Origin: a virus
Strand: one strand, 5' to 3'
IMG/VR virus record: IMGVR_UViG_3300033233_000014
Coordinates: 1-64,000 of that record
Length of the DNA stretch: 64,000 nt
Under the pieces are notes generated by a model, which was not told the origin of the DNA, made no database searches, and saw only the letters and a list, made by a program, of their open reading frames with translations. Below, piece after piece: positions 52,795 to 59,844 of this stretch (position 1 is the first letter of the stretch; each line of letters begins with the position of its first letter). The position numbers and the translations under genes were made by a program.

Positions 52795-52872
52795 TGGTTG
52801 CGCGGGCGAGACTTGAACTCGCAGCCTTCGGCTTCGGAGGCCGACGCTCTATCCAAGTTGAGCTACCGCACA
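52795..52872 (-). tRNA. tRNA-Arg(CCG)
   Basis: Loop CTCCGAA. Confidence 0.9.
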
Positions 52873-52876
52873 GCAG

Positions 52877-53491
52877 TTACAGACCCGCGAGCATCGCGGG
52901 GGAAAAGACCGACTCAGACTTGACCTTCCGACGAACCACTCGGAAGCCCGCCTTGCGGGCCGCCCGATCCTTGCGGCAGTCGACTTCCCGCTGCCTCGGA
53001 TCCTTGTGGTACGACCCGTCGAACTCCACGATCACCTTCACGTCGAGAAGCGCGAGGTCGAAGACGAACGCCCCAATCTCGAACTCGAACTCGAACCGCC
53101 TTCCGGCCGCAACGAGCGTCTCCCGAAGCGCCGCGTACTTCCACTCCTCCCGGCGCTTGAGCGTCTCGGCCGGCGAGAAGAGGTTGTGTGCGTTCTCAAG
53201 CCCGGAGCGACGCGCAGCCTCGCGCCGCTCCTCGCTCACGCTCCCCTTGCTGGCACAAGCACGAGAGCAGAACCGCTTAGACCGACGGCGGGTGGACGTG
53301 CTGAACACGATTCCGCAGACCGGGCACGTCATCTCGAATGTCTTCGCCTTCTTCGGCGCGTTGCCCGCGACCGCTGTGCATGAGAGTCCGCAGAAGAACC
53401 GGCGGCCAAGCCTTCGGGCACGGTTGACTTCCCCGATCCGCTTCTCGACTTCCTTCCCACAGCGGGCGCACCGAACAATGGTAGTCGCCAC
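52877..53491 (-). CDS. Vsr/DUF559-type endonuclease with Zn-finger repeats (homing-like)
   Basis: CARCGK, FFCGLSC, CPVCG, FCSRAC; FVFD...VIVEFDGSYH...D..KD...GFRVVR. Confidence 0.85.
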   Translation of the reverse strand: MATTIVRCARCGKEVEKRIGEVNRARRLGRRFFCGLSCTAVAGNAPKKAKTFEMTCPVCGIVFSTSTRRRSKRFCSRACASKGSVSEERREAARRSGLENAHNLFSPAETLKRREEWKYAALRETLVAAGRRFEFEFEIGAFVFDLALLDVKVIVEFDGSYHKDPRQREVDCRKDRAARKAGFRVVRRKVKSESVFSPAMLAGL

Positions 53492-53543
53492 GCCCCCATC
53501 GTAGCCGCGATGTAGGCGTGGCGCAATACCCGATGTAGGCGAT

Positions 53544-53916
53544 TGGAGGCGGCGAGATTTGCACTCGCGTCTCAAAGACCTTCGCCCGAAGCCTCTACGC
53601 GCGTGTCCCTGCTTCTCGTCTTTCCTCGGGCGCAGGACAGCCCATCGTCAGGCGTCTCTTGCCAAGCACCCAGTCTTTCCTGGGTGTCAGACCCTGGTGC
53701 CTTCCCTGCGCCGGGCCGTGCGCAAGGCGGGGTTGCTCGAGGTCGGCTAGGCCGCGAGCCGCAGGCCCCGAGCCGCGTGAGCGGCCCGGAAGTCCACGGT
53801 GGTCACCTTGAGGTGACTGGCTGATGAATTGTGGTCCGCTTGTTGACGGGGCCTGCTGACCAACCCCGGCGCGCATCCCCGGACTCCGATCTCCGATCGA
53901 AAACTAGTTCGCCCCC
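53544..53916 (-). ncRNA. ssrA: tmRNA
   Basis: GGGGGCG/CGCCTCC-A with G3:U70, TTCGA motif, T arm, tag ORF 53821-53747 ending LRLAA*. Confidence 0.92.
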
Positions 53917-53920
53917 ATGC

Positions 53921-53996
53921 TGGTACTCCCGAGGGGATTCGAACCCCACGTTTCCACCGTGAGAGGGTGGCGTCCTGCCGGCTAGACGACGGGAGC
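53921..53996 (-). tRNA. tRNA-Glu(CTC)
   Basis: Loop CTCTCAC. Confidence 0.9.
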
Positions 53997-54020
53997 ATTG
54001 CGGCGAGGCGGCGCCGCGCC

Positions 54021-54095
54021 GGAGAGGGCCACGAGAGTTGCACCCGCGCGCCAGCAAGCATGGCATGCCTGCTGGCGTCATCTCTGATCCTTCCC
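54021..54095 (-). ncRNA. Aberrant tRNA-like RNA with a 13-bp hairpin replacing the anticodon arm
   Basis: CGCCAGCAGGCAT-GCC-ATGCTTGCTGGCG, then T arm GCGGG-TGCAACT-CTCGT; imperfect acceptor. Confidence 0.45.
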
Positions 54096-54131
54096 TGGTG
54101 GATCCGGTGGGACTCGAACCCACGCGAACCC
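54096..54131 (-). ncRNA. tRNA-Ala minihelix (acceptor stem plus T arm only)
   Basis: GGGTTCG-C-GTGGG-TTCGAGT-CCCAC-CGGATCC-ACCA. Confidence 0.7.
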
Positions 54132-54137
54132 GTGTTA

Positions 54138-54213
54138 TGGTTGCCCGGGAGGGATTCGCACCCTCAGCCTCGTCCTTAAGAGGGACTTGCTCCGCTAGTT
54201 GAGCTACCGAGCA
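54138..54213 (-). tRNA. tRNA-Lys(CTT)
   Basis: Loop CTCTTAA. Confidence 0.85.
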
Positions 54214-54225
54214 TCTGAAAGTCTC

Positions 54226-54301
54226 TGGCTCCACGGGTAGGGCTCGAACCTACATCATCCTGGGTAACAGCCAGGCGCTCAGCCAGTTGAGCTACCGTGG
54301 A
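54226..54301 (-). tRNA. tRNA-Asn(GTT)
   Basis: Loop CTGTTAC; G73. Confidence 0.9.
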
Positions 54302-54306
54302 CCGGA

Positions 54307-54381
54307 TGGTCACGCCGAGAGGAGTCGAACCTCTTTGGCAGGATCCGTAGTCCTGTGCCTGATCCGATCGGCCACGGCGTG
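54307..54381 (-). tRNA. tRNA-Arg(ACG)
   Basis: Loop CTACGGA. Confidence 0.85.
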
Positions 54382-54427
54382 AATGCAGACGCGGTGTTCG
54401 CGCACCGCGCCCACTCGAACGTCTCGT

Positions 54428-54443
54428 CGAACTGTCAGAGAAC
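54428..54443 (-). promoter_or_regulatory. boxA-like antitermination motif
   Basis: GTTCTCTGACAGTTCG in the leader, after a hairpin; near-identical copy at 54985. Confidence 0.5.
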
Positions 54444-54488
54444 CTCGGTCAAGTCGCGCCTCGGCGCTCGACCACGCACGAAACCTGG

Positions 54489-54517
54489 ATTCTACCACAT
54501 CAGCGAATCTTTGTCAA
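54489..54517 (-). promoter_or_regulatory. sigma70-type promoter TTGACA-17-TAGAAT (extended -10)
   Basis: Consensus -35, 17-nt spacer, TG motif; points into the tRNA array. Confidence 0.85.
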
Positions 54518-54522
54518 GACGC

Positions 54523-54610
54523 TGGTGGGCCGTGGTGGAGTTGAACCACTTGCTCGCCGCTCCCCATATCAGAGCGACCGCTTTACAGGCGGCCGGGGAG
54601 AACACGTCCC
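54523..54610 (-). tRNA. tRNA-Tyr(GTA), atypical (no D stem)
   Basis: Loop CTGTAAA; D region reduced to ~10 nt; long variable region; A73 CCA. Confidence 0.7.
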
Positions 54611-54683
54611 GGTGGGCCCGGAGGGAGTCGGACCCTCGCCTTCCGGTTAAAAGCCGGCTGCTCGGCCGCTGAGCTACGGACCC
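54611..54683 (-). tRNA. tRNA-Lys(TTT)
   Basis: Loop CTTTTAA; ends ACC abutting tRNA-Tyr. Confidence 0.85.
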
Positions 54684-54753
54684 GCGTGGACTACGCGGCC
54701 CGTTTCGCCAGCGCGGCGCCGGCCCCGGTATAGCCCACCGCCGCGGCGCGCCC

Positions 54754-54828
54754 TGGTTGCCGCGGCTGGGGTCGAACCAGCAGCCCCCCGCATGTCAAAC
54801 GGGTGCTCTTCCGCTGAGCTACGCGACA
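54754..54828 (-). tRNA. tRNA-Val(GAC)
   Basis: Loop TTGACAT. Confidence 0.88.
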
Positions 54829-54836
54829 CCCGATGC

Positions 54837-54911
54837 TGGTAGCGGGGGCGAGGATCGAACTCGCGAACTCCAGCTTATGAGGCTGGCATGATACCGCTTC
54901 ACCACCCCGCG
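54837..54911 (-). tRNA. tRNA-Met(CAT), initiator-like
   Basis: CGCGGGG start with C1xU72 mismatch; loop CTCATAA. Confidence 0.85.
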
Positions 54912-54984
54912 ATAGGGACGTGCTCACGGCGCCGTGCAGGGGGTCGCCTTGCACGGGCGCCGTGGTCACGCCCACGGATCGACA

Positions 54985-55000
54985 CGAACTGTCAAGGAAC
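54985..55000 (-). promoter_or_regulatory. boxA-like antitermination motif
   Basis: GTTCCTTGACAGTTCG downstream of extended -10 TGTTACACT (55067-55075). Confidence 0.5.
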
Positions 55001-55120
55001 GCCGAGAGACTACCCGGGCTCTCGTCGCCAGGTTGCTGCGCGGAATCTTCGTCTGGCATCGCAGGGAGTGTAACACCTGCGCCGGCCGGAAGGTTCACGA
55101 AACTGGACGAAAGTGCCCGC

Positions 55121-55594
55121 TCACCCACACCGGCTGTTCCGCGACTCCCCCAGCATCTCGAGCGCCAGATCCACCTGGGCCTCCGACCAGCGCCCCTCGC
55201 GTTCCCAGTTATCAAGCATGTTCCAAGCGATCTGGCGGCGCCGGCCCCGCAGCCCCATCGCGGCGACCGTCAGGAGTTCGTAGATCATCACGGTGAAGTC
55301 GTCCACGAGCATGCGCTCGACGAGCACGCCGTCCGTGATCCGCCTCCGGAGTTGGATCTCGACCATCGGCGGCAGCACGAAGCCCCGCGCGATGTGCTCC
55401 CGGCAGAGGCGCACGAAGCCATCATCGTCGCCGATCGGCTCGCCCTGGAGCACCAGCGCACACTCGAGGCCCTGCAGGTGCTCCAGCAGCCCCGCGTGGC
55501 GCTCCCGCGCTTGGGCCACCCGCCCTTCGACGCGCGCCTCGGCGTGGGCTTCGCGCCGGCGCCGCCGCATCCGAGGATCGGTGCGCGGATCCAT
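55121..55594 (-). CDS. Hypothetical protein
   Basis: Packed ORF from MDPRTDP. Confidence 0.55.
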   Translation of the reverse strand: MDPRTDPRMRRRRREAHAEARVEGRVAQARERHAGLLEHLQGLECALVLQGEPIGDDDGFVRLCREHIARGFVLPPMVEIQLRRRITDGVLVERMLVDDFTVMIYELLTVAAMGLRGRRRQIAWNMLDNWEREGRWSEAQVDLALEMLGESRNSRCG

Positions 55595-55803
55595 CAGGCC
55601 GCCACCGCGATCTCGGCGATGATCTTGTGGCACTTGACGCAGGCCACCCGCACGACGCCCTGCCCCACCACGTAGGACGCCTCGACGGCGGCCCGTGGAT
55701 GGCAGCGCCCGTGGAAGAACATCTCGGGGTGGGCGTGTCCATCCGCACAGTCCAGGCACCCGCCGCCCATCGCCTTGTCGAGTTGCTTCTTGTTCAGCGC
55801 CAT
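55594..55803 (-). CDS. Small Cys/His protein
   Basis: GAGGAGG RBS; CLDC, HGRCH, CVKC. Confidence 0.55.
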   Translation of the reverse strand: MALNKKQLDKAMGGGCLDCADGHAHPEMFFHGRCHPRAAVEASYVVGQGVVRVACVKCHKIIAEIAVAA

Positions 55804-56462
55804 CAGCGTCCTCCTCGCGCCAGCCTGTTCGGCACGATGGGCTGGTGCAGCCAATGTTCATCCGTCTGGACATGCTCCGCGCGCACGAACTTCGCCACCG
55901 ATCGCTCGAAGTCCGCATCGGCGAACTCGTCGGACACGCGCACGACCACGCCCTCGATCTCGTCGCCGAAGGTCGGCCCCGCGCTCCGGATGAGGCCCGC
56001 GGTGAAGCGATCGACGGCTGCGCCGTCCGGCAGTTTGAACTGCGCCAGCGTCGGGACGACCTGCAAGTCGAGGCCGAGCGCGAGGCCGATGGTATCGGCC
56101 ACACTCAGCCAGACGTGCCGCACCTCGTCCCGCGCCCCGAAGATGAGGAAGTAGGACGGGAGATCCCAGTACGCGATCGAGTGCCGCGCGTAGAGCCACT
56201 CCCCGAAGAGGGACACGCCGGCCGGGATCCGATGCCGAACTTCCGCCCACAGCGCCTTCGCCCGATTGAAGGAGGCATGCGTCGGCGGCCCCTCGTGCGA
56301 CCGCGCGAAGATGCCCTCGCGCGTGAAGCAGCAGTTCGACCCGTCCATCTTCTCGGAGAAGTGGAGCAGCCGCCCCGCGAGGGCGCCCGCCGACTCGAGC
56401 CGGAGATCGTCCCGCGCCTCGGCGGGGCTCGACGGCAGATGCGCGATCCGCGGATACTTCAC
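55803..56462 (-). CDS. ATP-dependent RNA ligase family protein
   Basis: KYPR..HLP, motif I SEKMDGSN, FGEWLYARHSI.Y, EGVVVR, AKFVR..HVQTDEHW. Confidence 0.88.
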   Translation of the reverse strand: MKYPRIAHLPSSPAEARDDLRLESAGALAGRLLHFSEKMDGSNCCFTREGIFARSHEGPPTHASFNRAKALWAEVRHRIPAGVSLFGEWLYARHSIAYWDLPSYFLIFGARDEVRHVWLSVADTIGLALGLDLQVVPTLAQFKLPDGAAVDRFTAGLIRSAGPTFGDEIEGVVVRVSDEFADADFERSVAKFVRAEHVQTDEHWLHQPIVPNRLARGGR

Positions 56463-56644
56463 GCCGGCCCCGTCGGTTCCCAGACATCGGTGCGCGTCCC
56501 GTCCTGCTCGAGGTAGACCTCCTTCGTCGCCCCGCACCGGCAGGTGAAGAAGTAGTCACACGCCTGCGCGGCACCCTTCCCGTCCTCGTGCCACGCATGC
56601 GCGTGCGCCGGCTTCGGCAGGGGCTTCTTGGCCTTCGAGTTCAT
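56459..56644 (-). CDS. Small hypothetical protein
   Basis: AAGGAGG RBS; ATGA/GTGA overlaps. Confidence 0.5.
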   Translation of the reverse strand: MNSKAKKPLPKPAHAHAWHEDGKGAAQACDYFFTCRCGATKEVYLEQDGTRTDVWEPTGPA

Positions 56645-57060
56645 GCGCCCTCCTTGGCGAGCCGCACCAAGAGGCCGAAGACCGGCGTCTCGATGGGTAG
56701 CGGCTCGCCGGATATGTCGAGCCAGATCGTCGTCATCCCCGCGAACGGCGGCAACTTCGGCAGGCCGCTGCACAGATCCGACGCCACGATAACCAACCCC
56801 GGGCCCGGCGGCGCCCATCGCTGCAGGCGCTTGAACACGCAGCAGATGTCCGTGCCTCCGCCCCCGATGTTCTCCTTGAAGGGCCACCGGCCGGTGAACT
56901 CGGCCTCGATCTCGGCCCGCACCTCGGTATCGAAGGCGTAGTAGTGCGCGCGGGTGAACCCGAGCGCCCGCGCGATCTCCTCGGCCTTGCGGATGCCCCG
57001 CTCCGCCAAGTCCGGCGGGATCGACCCCGACACATCGAACGCGATCACGCACTTGCTCAT
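56641..57060 (-). CDS. Stand-alone vWA-like domain (DUF2201-C-like)
   Basis: IAFDVSGSI, FDTEV, GGGGTD, VASD. Confidence 0.75.
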   Translation of the reverse strand: MSKCVIAFDVSGSIPPDLAERGIRKAEEIARALGFTRAHYYAFDTEVRAEIEAEFTGRWPFKENIGGGGTDICCVFKRLQRWAPPGPGLVIVASDLCSGLPKLPPFAGMTTIWLDISGEPLPIETPVFGLLVRLAKEGA

Positions 57061-57470
57061 GCCGTCCTCCGTGCCTTGCGCTCGCGTGACACCTTCCGCT
57101 CGAGGCTCTCCCGCAGCGCCCGCACCACCGCCCGCTTCTTCGCCGGCTCCTGCCACGTCCCGAACCACGCGGCATCCCGCTCGATCTTCTTGAGCGCCCG
57201 GACGGCCCGCGAGTAGAGCCGCTGCTCCTCGGCCTCGTAGTGCAGGCCGATGACGCCGCGCGTCTCCTGCCGCAGCCGCCTGGTGCCCTCGTACCCCGTC
57301 GCCGCATCGAGCACCTCGGCCGCCGCGATGACCTCGACGTACTCGTAGTGGTTCAGCCCGGTGCCTGTCCGCAGCGCCTGCCGCACCTTCCTGGCGATCT
57401 CGCTCTGGACTCCGCCGAGCCAGTCGAGCGCCGTGTCGTCTTGGAACGGTTGATCTCCCCATGCACCCAT
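57057..57470 (-). CDS. DUF4259-like protein
   Basis: MGAWG..PFQDDTALDWL N-terminus. Confidence 0.75.
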   Translation of the reverse strand: MGAWGDQPFQDDTALDWLGGVQSEIARKVRQALRTGTGLNHYEYVEVIAAAEVLDAATGYEGTRRLRQETRGVIGLHYEAEEQRLYSRAVRALKKIERDAAWFGTWQEPAKKRAVVRALRESLERKVSRERKARRTA

Positions 57471-57480
57471 CGTCGTCCTC

Positions 57481-57723
57481 CTACTTCCGCCGCCCGCGGC
57501 AGCCCTCGCACGCCTCCGTGATGCCGAGATCCGCGACCTCGGCCAGGAACGCCGCCACGTCCGCTGCGCTCAACCGCCGCACCTTCCGGCCCGAGATGTC
57601 GCGCCCTGTGTAGGTCGCCGACACCCCGGAGCACCGCCCGTGCAGGATGCGCCCATTGTCGCCCTCGTACAACGCCTCCGGCGCGAGCACCACCTTGTCC
57701 TCGGGCAGCACGCGAGGCTTCAC
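57481..57723 (-). CDS. Small hypothetical protein
   Basis: GTGA overlap; terminal CEGC. Confidence 0.5.
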   Translation of the reverse strand: MKPRVLPEDKVVLAPEALYEGDNGRILHGRCSGVSATYTGRDISGRKVRRLSAADVAAFLAEVADLGITEACEGCRGRRK

Positions 57724-57944
57724 GCCGCCCTCCGCGCCGCGCCCTGGATCTCGGCGACGTACACATCCCCGTACTCGCCATCCGGGCAGATCGGGGTGAT
57801 GACGATGCAGAACCACCGGGCGTAGGGCTTGGCGTCGTCCACTTGGTACTTCTTGAGCACCCGCCACTCCCACGTCCCGTCCGCCGAACGCCAGACCTCG
57901 TAGGGCTGGTCCTTCGGCCGCGTCTTCCCGCACAGGTTCTTCAT
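57720..57944 (-). CDS. Small hypothetical phage protein
   Basis: AAGGAGG RBS after the promoter. Confidence 0.7.
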   Translation of the reverse strand: MKNLCGKTRPKDQPYEVWRSADGTWEWRVLKKYQVDDAKPYARWFCIVITPICPDGEYGDVYVAEIQGAARRAA

Positions 57945-57968
57945 TGGCTGTCCTCCTTGACTGCTGAG

Positions 57969-57997
57969 ATTGTACCCGATACACGATTCTTTGTCAA
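57969..57997 (-). promoter_or_regulatory. sigma70-type promoter TTGACA-17-TACAAT
   Basis: Near-consensus, intergenic. Confidence 0.85.
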
Positions 57998-58022
57998 GTC
58001 TGATTCTGGATTTCCGCCGGCC

Positions 58023-58526
58023 CTACGCCACCGCCCGGACGAGTTCCGACCCGCGCTCGTTCCGCACGATCTCCCACCCGACGGGGACGCCGGCCTCCAT
58101 CGCCAGGGCGAACCCCGGCTGCCACTCGGCATCGCCCCCGTCTGTCACCACGCAGAGCGCCTCCCCGAGGTGGTACTTGAGCGCCACGAGGCACGCCTGC
58201 ACCACCACGTCGTAGGGCGCCCGCTCCGTCTTGCAGAAGGCGAAGCACCGACCGTCGCCGTGTCCCTGTTCCTGGCGGTACAGCGCCCGCGTCCGCAGGA
58301 TTGCGTCGGCCTCCCGCTCGATCTCGAAGGGCTCACACCCCTGCTCCCCGTTGAACGCCACCCGCGTACCGTTGGCAACAGGCTTCCGCTGGTGGTCGTA
58401 CTTCCCCACCAGCCGGATCCCGCGCGCTCGCGCTGCCGCGAAGACCTTGGCGCAGTCCGCCGCCGCCGCTCGGAACGCCCCCGCGTCGAGATCGGGCGTC
58501 CGGTACCAGTAGTTCGTGTAGCCCAT
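58023..58526 (-). CDS. Conserved hypothetical phage protein (MGYTxYW / FCKT family)
   Basis: MGYTNYW...FNG...FCKTERAPYDVVV.ACL. Confidence 0.7.
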   Translation of the reverse strand: MGYTNYWYRTPDLDAGAFRAAAADCAKVFAAARARGIRLVGKYDHQRKPVANGTRVAFNGEQGCEPFEIEREADAILRTRALYRQEQGHGDGRCFAFCKTERAPYDVVVQACLVALKYHLGEALCVVTDGGDAEWQPGFALAMEAGVPVGWEIVRNERGSELVRAVA

Positions 58527-59143
58527 TAGGCCACCTCCCGCGCGATCACGAACGGCCCCTTCGGGCCGACGCCCTGCGCCCCGGCGAACGTCGCCTGCAG
58601 CACACGCCAGAGCGCCGGGCGCTGCGCGCCCGGGATCAGGTTGACCTTCGCCTCGCCGTCCCACCGGCGCCCGGGGACGTTCCGCACCGCCGCCACGAAC
58701 GCGGGGTTCCACGCCGTCCGCACCGCGAGCATCCCGTCGGGCCGCTCCTCGATCCGCACCGTGCAGAGCCGCTCCTGCACCACGTCGGCGAGCGCCGTGT
58801 ACCCGAGGAGGCGAAGCCCGTGCGTCGCCGCAATCGCAAGCGGCAGCGCTTCCGTGCTGGCGAAGTGAACCAGCAGGTTCGCCGCCTTGCGCGAGTCGTT
58901 CGCCAGGATCGCGCACTCGACGCGCGAGGCGAACTCGACGACCTCGAGCGTGTTCTCGGCATTGATCAGCGCCTCGACCACCGGCCGCATCTGCGCCTCA
59001 CTACAGGGGTAGGCGTCCTCGTACTGGTACTTGCGGCGGCACACGGGGCCGATCCCGAACTCGATGCTCGTCGCATCGACCAGCGGACGCCCGCAGGCGC
59101 AGCAGGTTGAGGCCACCTTCGGCTGCCACTTCGTCGTGTTCAT
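58526..59143 (-). CDS. DUF6011 Zn domain plus HARP-like domain protein
   Basis: CCACGRPLVD..SIEFGIGPVC; FVAAVRNVPGRRWD; alternative start at 59155. Confidence 0.7.
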   Translation of the reverse strand: MNTTKWQPKVASTCCACGRPLVDATSIEFGIGPVCRRKYQYEDAYPCSEAQMRPVVEALINAENTLEVVEFASRVECAILANDSRKAANLLVHFASTEALPLAIAATHGLRLLGYTALADVVQERLCTVRIEERPDGMLAVRTAWNPAFVAAVRNVPGRRWDGEAKVNLIPGAQRPALWRVLQATFAGAQGVGPKGPFVIAREVA

Positions 59144-59162
59144 GTTGTCCTCCATGTCCCAA

Positions 59163-59191
59163 ATCATACCCGATGCCTGTACTTTTGTCAA
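59163..59191 (-). promoter_or_regulatory. sigma70-type promoter TTGACA-17-TATGAT
   Basis: Near-consensus, intergenic. Confidence 0.85.
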
Positions 59192-59205
59192 GGTGGAATC
59201 CAGAA

Positions 59206-59255
59206 GAAAAGCCGCTGGCGAGCCGGAACGTAAGTCCCGGCCCGTCAACGGCTTC
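59206..59255 (-). terminator. Probable terminator hairpin
   Basis: GAAGCCGTTG...CAGCGGCTTTTC long stem with U tail. Confidence 0.5.
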
Positions 59256-59277
59256 TGTGGACGCTCTGGACGCTGCT

Positions 59278-59844
59278 CTACTCGCGCTTCGCGGGACGCT
59301 TCTTGCCGATGCCGTTCTTGCCGAAGCGCTCGCGGCGCTTGGCCCACGCCCGCTTCGCCGCATCGGCACGCTCCGCCTTCGTCCGCTTCGGCTCGGCCGG
59401 GCGCGCCTTCGGCCGCTCGGCCTTGGGCTTCTCGGCCTTCGCCTTCGCGGGCTTGGCGGGCGTCTTCGTCTTCATCGCCTTCACCTTCGCCTCCTTCACC
59501 GCGGCCTCCGCAGGGGCCGGGCTCTCGGGCGCGGCCGGCGCCGGTGTCTCCACCACCGTCTCGCCCGCCTTCGCCCCACCGTTCGCCTTCGCCACGCTCT
59601 CCTCCTTCGGCGCGATTCTCGCGTCGCGCCACGTCTTGCCGTTGAGTTCACGCACCCAACCCGCGCCGAGCCCGCACGCACAGGCGGGCCCGGTGTTCTT
59701 CTCGACCGCCTCCTTGACCGACATCTTCCACCGCCGGAAGCCGTCCAGGTCGTAGACGCGATGCTGCCCGAGCGCGAAGCCGTGCATGTCCTGCACATGG
59801 AAGGTGCCGTCGGCCCCGCGTCGAACCTCGTGTGTCACGTTCAT
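59278..59844 (-). CDS. Lys/Ala/Pro-rich basic (histone-H1-like tail) protein
   Basis: KAKAEKPKAERPKARP C-terminus. Confidence 0.6.
   Translation of the reverse strand: MNVTHEVRRGADGTFHVQDMHGFALGQHRVYDLDGFRRWKMSVKEAVEKNTGPACACGLGAGWVRELNGKTWRDARIAPKEESVAKANGGAKAGETVVETPAPAAPESPAPAEAAVKEAKVKAMKTKTPAKPAKAKAEKPKAERPKARPAEPKRTKAERADAAKRAWAKRRERFGKNGIGKKRPAKRE

Noticed and set aside
54096-54124. Minihelix as a mere attP or tRNA 3'-end duplication
   Set aside because: The upstream 7 nt are fully complementary to the 3' strand, it matches no other tRNA 3' end in the window exactly, and no integrase is nearby.
48984-54911. A phage-encoded tRNA-Sec to serve the PAAR UGA
   Set aside because: No cloverleaf with a TCA anticodon and long acceptor/variable arms was found; the TTCAAAT loop in Y4 is a T-loop-type hairpin.
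49054-55215. Short ORFs called across the tRNA island
   Set aside because: They overlap clear tRNA, tmRNA and Y-RNA structures; only the endonuclease at 52877-53491 and the tmRNA tag are credible.
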